Shown piece by piece: positions 26,875 to 36,617 of a stretch of DNA of 64,000 nt. A model generated the notes under the pieces. It was not told where the DNA came from. It saw only the letters and a list, made by a program, of their open reading frames with translations, and made no database searches. How positions within the stretch are numbered: position 1 is the stretch's first letter; the number at the start of each line of letters is the position of its first letter. Location: assembly GCA_016235065.1 (NCBI GenBank), contig JACRMB010000010.1, forward strand, positions 70,281 through 134,280, written 5' to 3'. This DNA is from Actinomycetota bacterium. GTDB taxonomy: Bacteria > Actinomycetota > Thermoleophilia > BMS3ABIN01. The position numbers and the translations under genes were made by a program.

Positions 26875-28422
26875 TCAGGCATCGATGACTATAGATTTCC
26901 CGGTCATTTCAGGCGGCACTGGTATTTTCAGGAAATCAAGAATCGTCGGCGCCACGTCACAGAGTGCCCTGCCTTCTGCCAGTAGCACATCCCGCGTCAC
27001 GATCAATGGGACTAGTTCAGTCGAATGCGCGGTATCCGGGCCACCGCTTTCATCAGTCATGCTTTCGGCATTGCCATGGTCTGAGGTTATCAGGCAAACC
27101 CCGGCCTTCTCCGTTACTTTGGCCACTACCTTGCCGACACATTCATCGACAACCTCAACTGCCGCTACCGCTGCGTCGACGATCCCCGTGTGACCGACCA
27201 TGTCACAATTGGCGAAGTTCAGTATCACAAAATCGTAATCGTTTTTGTCCAGCAACTCGCAGAATGCGTCAGCCACGAGTCGGGCGCTCATCTCTGGTTT
27301 TTTATCATAGGTGGCGACATCCGTGGGTGAAGGTATCAGTTTTCGTTCCTCGCCCGGATAGGTCGTCTCATTGCCTCCATTGAAGAAAAAAGTCACATGA
27401 GCATATTTTTCAGTCTCAGCTATGTGAAGCTGGGTCTTTTCAGCGGACGACAGCACTTCCGGAAGGACATTCTTCAATTCTTCCGGCGGAAACGCGATCG
27501 GGGACGTAAACCTGTCGTCATATTCAGTCATTGTCACGAGATAAGGTAACGGCGGTTCAGGTCCGCGATTGAATCCGTCGAAGTCCCTGAGGGTCAGAGC
27601 TCTTGTCATCTCACGTGCGCGATCAGGCCTGAAGTTGAAGAAGATGATACTGTCTTCGCTGCTTATTCTGGAATCGGGACTGTTGTCGACGACTGAAGGG
27701 ATCACAAACTCATCGGTGATATCCTGTGCGTACGAATCACGCACAAGCTTTAGGGCGTCTGGTTGAAGCGGTCCTTCACCGCGGGCCATGGCGGCATACG
27801 CGAGTTCCACCCTGTCCCAACGATGGTCACGGTCCATAGCGTAAAATCGGCCGGAGATAGTGGCAATGCTTCCCAGTCCTTCCGCTGCTGTATATCTGAG
27901 TATCTCCTCAACATAACCAATGCCGCTACGAGGGGAGACGTCACGGCCATCAAGAAACAGGTGCAGAAAAAGCTTTTTGCAGCCCTGCTGGGCTGCCATC
28001 TCAATCAAGGCTTTCAGATGTGAGATGTCACTATGGACACCTCCGTCAGATAGCAGTCCGAGAAGATGAACTGAGCTTTTTGTGGCAATTGCGTGGGTGA
28101 ATGCTCCTATCAGCACAGGATTCTTAAAAAAAGTCCTGTCATCGATAGCGTGGTTTATCCGCGTAAGGTCCTGATAGACGACTCGGCCGGCGCCAAGGTT
28201 AAGATGTCCCACTTCGGAGTTGCCCATCTGACCGGGGGGCAGACCAACCGCTTCGCCGGAAGCTTTCAGCGCTGTGTGGGGATACTCCTCAAAAAGCCTG
28301 TCGAGGATGGGAGTATGAGCCAGAGTGACGGCATTTCCGGGACCTGGCGGAGCAATGCCCCAGCCATCCAGAACTACAAGGCATACGGGCTTCAAAGATT
28401 CACCGGGAATTGATTCGGTCAT
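26875..28422 (-). CDS. gpmI: 2,3-bisphosphoglycerate-independent phosphoglycerate mutase
   Basis: 515 aa with the N-terminal motif LVVLDGWG and an NSEVGHLN segment. The alignment runs the full length. Confidence 0.95.
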   Translation of the reverse strand: MTESIPGESLKPVCLVVLDGWGIAPPGPGNAVTLAHTPILDRLFEEYPHTALKASGEAVGLPPGQMGNSEVGHLNLGAGRVVYQDLTRINHAIDDRTFFKNPVLIGAFTHAIATKSSVHLLGLLSDGGVHSDISHLKALIEMAAQQGCKKLFLHLFLDGRDVSPRSGIGYVEEILRYTAAEGLGSIATISGRFYAMDRDHRWDRVELAYAAMARGEGPLQPDALKLVRDSYAQDITDEFVIPSVVDNSPDSRISSEDSIIFFNFRPDRAREMTRALTLRDFDGFNRGPEPPLPYLVTMTEYDDRFTSPIAFPPEELKNVLPEVLSSAEKTQLHIAETEKYAHVTFFFNGGNETTYPGEERKLIPSPTDVATYDKKPEMSARLVADAFCELLDKNDYDFVILNFANCDMVGHTGIVDAAVAAVEVVDECVGKVVAKVTEKAGVCLITSDHGNAESMTDESGGPDTAHSTELVPLIVTRDVLLAEGRALCDVAPTILDFLKIPVPPEMTGKSIVIDA

Positions 28423-29180
28423 TATTTGAAGTTAACTATCTGCGCGAAATCAGAGGCGGCCAGGCTGGCTCCGCCGACCAGGGCACCGTCTATGTCACGC
28501 TCGGCCATCAACTCGGAAATGTTTCCGGGCTTGACGCTGCCTCCGTAGAGGATACGCACTCTGGATGCTGCATCGTCGCCGAACTTTGCCGCCAGGGTCT
28601 CGCGAATGAAACCGATTGCCTCCTGGGCGATCTGAGGCGTGGCGGTCTTACCGGTGCCGATGGCCCAGATCGGTTCGTAGGCGACAACGATTGCAGCAAA
28701 CTGGTCTGCGCTGATGCTATCAAGTCCGTTTTCCATCTGTCTTTTCAGTTTATCTCTGGTCTGGCCAGCTTCGCGCTCGGCATCGGTCTCCCCGCAGCAG
28801 AGGATTGGCCGAATTCCAGATTCAATGGCCACAGCGACCTTTCGAGCCAGGTCGCTGTCGTTCTCGTTGTAAAATTCCCGCCGTTCCGAGTGGCCTAGCA
28901 CCACGTCATCGACACCGATTTCCTGCAGCATCGGGGGCGAGACTTCACCGGTAAAAGCGCCCTCGGCTTCAAAATGCATGTTCTGGGCAGCGATGCGGAC
29001 ATTGCTGCCGCTGGTTATCTGCCTTGCTTCAGCGAGTGACGTGTAGGAGGGACAGATGACGATCTCCACGCCATCAGCAGCGGCAACAAGGCCCATGAAC
29101 TCGTCAAGATATGCGGTTGCTTCGGCGTTGGTCTTGTACATCTTCCAGTTGCCGGCGATTATCGGCGTACGGTCACTCAT
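28422..29180 (-). CDS. tpiA: Triosephosphate isomerase
   Basis: The start was moved to the internal Met (MSDRTPIIAGNWKM), which has a GGGAGGAAG RBS. The called ORF has an unlikely 38-aa extension. Motifs AYEPIWAIGTG and GGS are present. Confidence 0.9.
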   Translation of the reverse strand: MSDRTPIIAGNWKMYKTNAEATAYLDEFMGLVAAADGVEIVICPSYTSLAEARQITSGSNVRIAAQNMHFEAEGAFTGEVSPPMLQEIGVDDVVLGHSERREFYNENDSDLARKVAVAIESGIRPILCCGETDAEREAGQTRDKLKRQMENGLDSISADQFAAIVVAYEPIWAIGTGKTATPQIAQEAIGFIRETLAAKFGDDAASRVRILYGGSVKPGNISELMAERDIDGALVGGASLAASDFAQIVNFK

Positions 29181-29369
29181 TTCTTCCTCCCGGTTACATA
29201 GCGTTGACAATAAGTCGCAGGGGGCCTTCCGGAAATCGAGCCTGCTTTTCTGCAAAAAGAGGAATTCCGGATACTCGGCTGAACGGTATTTCATTATTTA
29301 TAAGGGCCTGTTAAAAAGCAACCTGGCCACTGGTCTATGCTAGAATAAAAATCATCGTAGTGGAGGAGG

Positions 29370-29588
29370 GTGCTTATGCCTGAAGATGTTGTGATTTACA
29401 CCAAGCCCGGCTGTCCATATTGCGCGGCAGCCAAGGAGGATATGGCGGATAAAGGCATGCGGTACGAAGAACGGGATGTGACTTCGGACCCCGCCGTGAA
29501 AGAGGAAGCAATCAGGCTCGCGGGGCAGGCTGCCGTACCGGTAATCGTACAGGACGGAGAAGTCACAGTAGGCTTCGGCGGCAGTTGA
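29370..29588 (+). CDS. Glutaredoxin/NrdH-like small redox protein
   Basis: 72 aa with a CPYC active site in a thioredoxin fold. Confidence 0.8.
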   Translation: MLMPEDVVIYTKPGCPYCAAAKEDMADKGMRYEERDVTSDPAVKEEAIRLAGQAAVPVIVQDGEVTVGFGGS

Positions 29589-29641
29589 GGCATCTGAACG
29601 TCCGGCGGTCGCCGGACACTATCTTGATTCCAGGGAACCTT

Positions 29642-30187
29642 ATGAGATCACGAGGCATATTGCTAATCGCTACCCTGCTGCTTCTGGCGGCTATCGTAGC
29701 TTCCATCGCCGGTTGCGGCAATACCAGCTCCACTTCCGGGACCGCTGGCGGAAGCACGGCCCCTAAGGTTGCACCCGATTTCACCGTCAAGACTCTCAGT
29801 GGTGAGACGGTGCCCTATTCCAGCCTCAAGGGAAAACCTCTGGTTCTCAACTTTGCCGCTTCCTGGTGTGGCCCCTGTGAGCTCGAAGCGCCAGTTCTCG
29901 CGAAGGCGTATGAGAAGTATAAGGACAAAGCGAACTTCTTCGGGATCGCAGTGCGCGATAATGAGGAGGATCAGCGAGTCTTTGCCGAGCGCCATGGCCT
30001 CAAGTTTCCGATAGGCCTGGATATGGACAGCAAGATCCTGTACAGCTATCAGAAGGCCGGCAAGGTGAACATGAGTGGCATCCCGACCACTTTCTTCATC
30101 GATAAGGACGGGAACATCCAGGCATTCTTCATCGGCCCGATCTCAGAAAGCACCTTCGATCAGAGGATCTCCACGATCCTCGACTAG
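29642..30187 (+). CDS. TlpA-like thiol-disulfide oxidoreductase lipoprotein (thioredoxin fold, WCGPC)
   Basis: A signal peptide with the lipobox IAGCG precedes WCGPC. The internal ATG (MRSRGILL…) is preferred as the start. Confidence 0.8.
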   Translation: MRSRGILLIATLLLLAAIVASIAGCGNTSSTSGTAGGSTAPKVAPDFTVKTLSGETVPYSSLKGKPLVLNFAASWCGPCELEAPVLAKAYEKYKDKANFFGIAVRDNEEDQRVFAERHGLKFPIGLDMDSKILYSYQKAGKVNMSGIPTTFFIDKDGNIQAFFIGPISESTFDQRISTILD

Positions 30188-30735
30188 ATGTTAAGCCTGG
30201 CGATCCTCGGCAGCTCACGCAGTTTTTGTTTGTAGTCGAATCCGTATCCCACGAAGAACTCATCCGGAACCTGGAATCCCTGATACTTTACAGGCAGATC
30301 CGCGAGCCGCCGATAAGGCCTGTCCAGAAGGGTTGCGATCTCAAGTGTGGCCGGATTCCGGAGCCAGAGGTTCTGTACTATATAGTTGAGCGTCAGGCCG
30401 GTATCGATGACGTCCTCGACGATCAGCAGGTGCTTTCCTTCGATATCCTGATCAAGATCCTTTAGAAACCGCACACGGCGGATATCTTCGCCTTCTCTCC
30501 TGTCCTTCCGGTAACTCGAGATAGCTATGAAATCAATCGTCACCGGGATGGTGATCTCCCTTGCCAGGTCAGCCAGGAAGAATATCGCACCTTTCAGAAT
30601 CGATAACAGGAGCAGTTCACGGCCTTCGTAATCGCTGGAGATCTGCCTGGCTATCTGCCGGACCCGTTCTGCTATCGCATATTCATCCAGATAGGTCTCG
30701 CCCACCAGACTTTGGAAGTCCTGCTTCTCCGGCAC
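30184..30735 (-). CDS. hpt: Hypoxanthine(-guanine) phosphoribosyltransferase
   Basis: 183 aa with the PRPP-binding motif LIVEDVIDTGLTL. Confidence 0.9.
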   Translation of the reverse strand: MPEKQDFQSLVGETYLDEYAIAERVRQIARQISSDYEGRELLLLSILKGAIFFLADLAREITIPVTIDFIAISSYRKDRREGEDIRRVRFLKDLDQDIEGKHLLIVEDVIDTGLTLNYIVQNLWLRNPATLEIATLLDRPYRRLADLPVKYQGFQVPDEFFVGYGFDYKQKLRELPRIARLNI

Positions 30736-30753
30736 AAAAACCCCCTCTTTGTT

Positions 30754-31119
30754 TTATTCGTGCGACAGGTCGTACTTATGGGCGAGCTTGAGAAAATCCT
30801 TCTTGTAGAAGAGTTTGATGTTGATCTCGGGAAAGCGTTCCTTTATTTTGCGGATCTTCATGTTCTTTTTGGTGACATGAGCCTGTTTCATTGTAGTCAG
30901 CTCTATGAAGAGGTCCTGCTCCGGAAGATAAAAATCGGGAGTGAAGGCTTCGACAACAAGGCCTTTGGCATCACGCTCGAGGACGAAGGTGCGCGGTTCG
31001 TACATCCAGGGGATGCGGTAGTAGTCCAGGATCTTTGCACATTCCTCTTCGCTGCTGTTGGCGAACTGGGGAGGAGTGTCCCCCATATAGGAAGTGAACT
31101 TGGTTTCTTTGTCTGCCAT
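30754..31119 (-). CDS. Hypothetical protein; a PD-(D/E)xK-like fold is possible (very tentative)
   Basis: 121 aa with no recognisable family. The TPDFYLP…LFIELT pattern and lower local GC are noted. Confidence 0.4.
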   Translation of the reverse strand: MADKETKFTSYMGDTPPQFANSSEEECAKILDYYRIPWMYEPRTFVLERDAKGLVVEAFTPDFYLPEQDLFIELTTMKQAHVTKKNMKIRKIKERFPEINIKLFYKKDFLKLAHKYDLSHE

Positions 31120-31220
31120 CTTTGAGAACTATACCAGAGGGTGAAACACGCTCTCAAGAGACAGGAAGCGGATTTTCGTGGATTCTTTGGTGGTTTTAGT
31201 TTGACCGGCGGCGCGCGGCT

Positions 31221-32561
31221 ATGTTAGTTTCGCTGTCTATGGGCTTAGCCATTCCCCCACTTCCCGATTCGAGCCGCGTCAATGCCGCGGGCCATCTCGA
31301 GGTCGCCGGTTGCGACCTCATGGAGCTGGCCGCTGAGTTCGGCACGCCCCTGATCGTGTATGACGAGGATCAGATCCGCGATCGCTTCCGTCAGTACAAG
31401 CAGGCGTTTTCGGCCCGGACAGACGATTTTGACATCATCTATGCCAGCAAGGCATTCACCTGCATCGCCATGTGCCAGCTCATCGTCCAGGAAGGCATAT
31501 CGCTGGACGTGGCTTCAGGTGGTGAATTATATACGGCTCTGAAGGCCTGGGTGCCGCCAGAAAACATTTATCTGCATGGGAACGCGAACAGCCGCGACGA
31601 GATTGAGCGTGCTGTACGTAATGAGGTCGGCCATGTGATCGTAGATTCACTGGATGAGCTTAGGGCTCTTGACGAAACCGCCCTCGCTCAGGGGAAAACG
31701 CAGAAGATCATGCTGCGGATAACTCCCGGGATCGAGGCGCATACCCACGATTTCATCCAGACGGGAAAGCTGGACTCGAAGTTCGGGCTCTGCCTTGAAG
31801 AGGGTGTGGCTGATGGGGCGGTCGCTGCGGCGATGGATGCGGCCAGCCTCGAGCTGATAGGCCTGCATTGCCATATCGGATCACAGATATTCGGCCTCGA
31901 GCCGTATCGCAAAGCTGTGGCGGTGATGGCTGATTTTGCGTCCGCGTGTGCTGAAAAGCATGGGTTCGTCTGCCAGCTGCTGGATGTCGGCGGCGGTCTG
32001 GGCGTTGGATATGTCAGCGGCGATGATCCGGCCAGCATCGATCAGCTGGTTGAGATCATATTCAGCAGCGTCGTCAGTGAGTTCAGCCGGGTCGGATTGC
32101 CGGTGCCTCGGATCGCCGTTGAGCCAGGGCGATCGATTGTCGCTAACGCCGGGCTGACGGCTTATACGATCGAGACCGTCAAAACGATTCCCGGCGTAAA
32201 AACCTATGTTGCTGTCAGCGGCGGTATGTCGGATAACATGCGGCCAATGCTTTACGGCGCTGAATATGAGGGTCTGATCGCAGACCGCCCGGAAGCCGAG
32301 GCCACTATCAAGGTGGCGGTTGCCGGGAAACATTGCGAATCTGGTGACATCCTCATCAAGGAAACCGGCCTGCCTGACCCACGGCAGGGCGATATTCTGA
32401 TAACGCCCTGCACCGGCGCCTACGGATATTCCATGGCCAGCAATTACAACGGACAGACGCGGCCGGCGGTTGTTTTCGCAAAAAACGGGCGGACGCAAGT
32501 GGTGATCCGCAAGGAAAGTTATGATGACCTGGTCCAGCTTCAGGAGCGCCTGGAGCCTTAG
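31221..32561 (+). CDS. lysA: Diaminopimelate decarboxylase
   Basis: 446 aa. The PLP-binding region is …YASKAF…. Motifs EPGRSIVANAG, CESGD and GAYGYSMASNY are present. Confidence 0.9.
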   Translation: MLVSLSMGLAIPPLPDSSRVNAAGHLEVAGCDLMELAAEFGTPLIVYDEDQIRDRFRQYKQAFSARTDDFDIIYASKAFTCIAMCQLIVQEGISLDVASGGELYTALKAWVPPENIYLHGNANSRDEIERAVRNEVGHVIVDSLDELRALDETALAQGKTQKIMLRITPGIEAHTHDFIQTGKLDSKFGLCLEEGVADGAVAAAMDAASLELIGLHCHIGSQIFGLEPYRKAVAVMADFASACAEKHGFVCQLLDVGGGLGVGYVSGDDPASIDQLVEIIFSSVVSEFSRVGLPVPRIAVEPGRSIVANAGLTAYTIETVKTIPGVKTYVAVSGGMSDNMRPMLYGAEYEGLIADRPEAEATIKVAVAGKHCESGDILIKETGLPDPRQGDILITPCTGAYGYSMASNYNGQTRPAVVFAKNGRTQVVIRKESYDDLVQLQERLEP

Positions 32562-32698
32562 ACCTTCACCAGGTGGAGCCAGTGCCGGCAATGCAGGAAA
32601 ATACTCAATTTGACCGGGTAGAGGAATTAGGGTGCGCCCGTTGAATGATTGGCCGAAGGGCGTGTGCCTGTTTCACCCCCTTCATCCCTTATACCCGG

Positions 32699-32728
32699 CG
32701 AAAGACCCTCATTTTTGAGGGTCTTTCG
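32699..32728 (+). terminator. Intrinsic terminator after lysA
   Basis: Perfect 13-bp stem CGAAAGACCCTCA-TTTT-TGAGGGTCTTTCG, followed by CTTTCT. Confidence 0.7.
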
Positions 32729-32820
32729 CTTTCTGCCGCTATTCCAGGGAACATGATTATTCGTGTCCCCTGACTAACAGGGTTATAAAAGTATAGTGAA
32801 GCCAGATCCAGAAAAAAAAA

Positions 32821-32844
32821 GGGGACACAAATAATTGTGTCCCC
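32821..32844 (-). terminator. Intrinsic terminator after groEL
   Basis: GGGGACACAA-ATAA-TTGTGTCCCC, followed by a run of nine T on the minus strand. Confidence 0.8.
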
Positions 32845-32873
32845 TTTCAGGTATCGCTGATTGAACTGCGTGC

Positions 32874-34496
<1,623 letters not shown>

Positions 34497-34506
34497 TCAC
34501 CCCTCC

Positions 34507-34800
34507 TTATTTCTTTACGACTTTTGCCAGAATATCGCTGGCTTTCATTATCAGCAGGTCCTGGCCATCGACCTTGACTTCAGTTCCTCCGTACTTGCTG
34601 TAGATGACTTCGTCACCTTTCTTGACGTCGAGCGGAATGCGCTTGCCGCTGTCGTCGACCTTGCCGTCACCGACGGCGACGATCTTGCCGCGCTGGGGCT
34701 TTTCCTGCGCTGTATCGGGCAGGACGATACCGCTGGCGGTAACATCCTGGGATTCCTCCGTCTTGACGATCACGCGATCCTCGAGTGGTTTCAGATTCAT
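34507..34800 (-). CDS. groS: Co-chaperonin GroES
   Basis: 97 aa, starting [13 protein letters not shown]…. Confidence 0.95.
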   Translation of the reverse strand: MNLKPLEDRVIVKTEESQDVTASGIVLPDTAQEKPQRGKIVAVGDGKVDDSGKRIPLDVKKGDEVIYSKYGGTEVKVDGQDLLIMKASDILAKVVKK

Positions 34801-34828
34801 AGAACAACCCTCCTTGTGTCTGTTGTTT

Positions 34829-34877
34829 GCGAGTGGCTAGTCTAACACTATCTGGCACTCGCTGGTTAGAGTGCCAA
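34829..34877 (-). promoter_or_regulatory. CIRCE-like HrcA operator upstream of groES (variant half-sites)
   Basis: TGGCACTC-N8-GAGTGCCA lies 53-77 nt upstream of the groES ATG, with an overlapping outer repeat GCGAGTGGC…GGCACTCGC. Canonical CIRCE is TTAGCACTC-N9-GAGTGCTAA. Confidence 0.55.
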
Positions 34878-34996
34878 AACGGGACATATGATAATGGCAT
34901 ACTAAGAAATTGTCAAATGATCGGTGCACAGAAAAACGGCCGGGGAAGCCGTTCAACCTTTGAGCTATTTTACCTGCTAATTTTACGTTTTATTGG

Positions 34997-35356
34997 TTAT
35001 CTGACAGCTCCGCTCGCGCCCTCATTATGGGTTGCTCTTCTGATTCCTGTATCCGTTTTCGAAGCTTCGTTTTCCTTTTCCTCGAAAACATGATGGAAAC
35101 ACTGCCTTGCTCCGGGGCACCATTCGATGCATGATGCTTTTTCCCGGTGAACCAGGGTGCCGCAACTGGAGCACTTTACCTTTGATTCGCCTGTAAAAAG
35201 CTCTACTTCCTCCCCACACTTCGGACATGATTTAACAGTTATCTCTACGTCACTGCCTGGACATTTCATTGAGCAGCTCCTCCCGTATGATGCTCGGTTC
35301 CCCAAAACCCTTGTACATTGGTACATAGGGAGTATTCCCTCAAAAACCGGGGTCAA
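34997..35356 (-). CDS. Zinc-ribbon protein with multiple CxxC pairs (function unknown)
   Basis: CPGSD…CPKCGEEVEL…CSSCG…CIEWCPGARQC. The start is likely the internal MKCPG. Confidence 0.5.
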   Translation of the reverse strand: MTPVFEGILPMYQCTRVLGNRASYGRSCSMKCPGSDVEITVKSCPKCGEEVELFTGESKVKCSSCGTLVHREKASCIEWCPGARQCFHHVFEEKENEASKTDTGIRRATHNEGASGAVR

Positions 35357-35416
35357 ACGACGAAAATGGCCAGAAAATGGTATAAGTGACGAAAGTCAAC
35401 AACGGGATTATCGATC

Positions 35417-36430
35417 ATGCTGACGAGTTTCGTGAATAATCTGAATCTGGAGCCGGTTTCAGGCAAGGTTGCCAAACGTCTGACGCTGGCGGCTCTGGCG
35501 TTCATTCTCTTATTTCCGCTAGGCTGCACCAGTGAAGAGCCCGACACCTCTGCGCCCAGGCGCCAGATAATCGAGCGTCCGGCCGACTGGCAGGGCGCGC
35601 TCTTGTATATCGCCGACAAAGCCGGCCCTAATCCCGCGTTTGGCAGCATCCGCATCTATGACAATACCACTGGCTTCGTGGAAAAAACTGTCGATCAGTC
35701 GGTCGCGGCGGCGCCCGCGGAAATGTATGTCACGCCTGACGGCGGCACCATGTATGTTGCTGGCAGCGAAAACGGCCGCATCGACCGATTCCGCTGGGAC
35801 GGGAACAACTGGATTCGTGGCGGCGTGACTATCGATACTCCAGCTTCGGCTATCTTAGCCATGGCCTCCGCGCCAGGCGGAATGCTGTACTTTACCGCCA
35901 GTGATGGCGAGTCTTCCGGCAAGATATACCAGCTGGAAATGAGCGTCGATTCGGTGGACAAGGAGCCATTATCTGTTCTACAGTTATCCGAAATCCGGGG
36001 AATCGCCTGGTCGCCAGACGGTAATACTGTCTTCCTCTCAGGAATAGGCCAGGATCGTATGGGGCAGCTTCTTATAGCCAGATGGCCATCACTTGAAAAC
36101 CTTGGACAGGTCGGGCTTTCCGGAGCCTCGGAAGTAAACCAGGCTGTGACGTCCGTAGACGGCAGCCGTATTTACGTAATGGCCGCCGGACGCATATATA
36201 TAGTAGAACCCGGAACCTTTTCAGTCACGGGAACGATCGAGCCTTCGGGGAGCGTACAAACTATCTATACCGATGGTGCTCTCAGCGCAGACGGCAGGTA
36301 TTTGTTCGTAACAGGCAACCAGGCGGGCGAGCAGGCCAGCCTCTATGTGATCGATCTCACCAGTTATTCCCTGGTGAAAAAGGTCGGCCATGTAGCAGAT
36401 ATAGCTGGGGGCATGCAGCGAGCCGAATGA
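35417..36430 (+). CDS. Beta-propeller (YVTN/lactonase-like repeat) lipoprotein
   Basis: A signal peptide with the lipobox LGCT is followed by repeated YVTPDG / SPDG / SADGRYLFV motifs. Confidence 0.6.
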   Translation: MLTSFVNNLNLEPVSGKVAKRLTLAALAFILLFPLGCTSEEPDTSAPRRQIIERPADWQGALLYIADKAGPNPAFGSIRIYDNTTGFVEKTVDQSVAAAPAEMYVTPDGGTMYVAGSENGRIDRFRWDGNNWIRGGVTIDTPASAILAMASAPGGMLYFTASDGESSGKIYQLEMSVDSVDKEPLSVLQLSEIRGIAWSPDGNTVFLSGIGQDRMGQLLIARWPSLENLGQVGLSGASEVNQAVTSVDGSRIYVMAAGRIYIVEPGTFSVTGTIEPSGSVQTIYTDGALSADGRYLFVTGNQAGEQASLYVIDLTSYSLVKKVGHVADIAGGMQRAE

Positions 36431-36617
36431 CGCCGGCCGGCCTCCGCGGCCAGCTGCACGCCCTTGAACATCAATGTATCCGGTCTGCCGGGCTCACCCC
36501 GCTATAGAAATCATTGTCTCAAAGGGATAGAATTTTTGCCCTGACACGTCTGTTGGCGGCCGTTTCTGGCCCGGCAGCCGATGCAGGATCTCAAATTCGA
36601 CCAAAGGAGTTGCACAT

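Noticed and set aside
31120-31220. Lysine riboswitch (L-box) upstream of lysA
   Set aside because: The intergenic leader is only about 100 nt, too short for the 180-nt L-box, and no conserved L-box segments were recognised.
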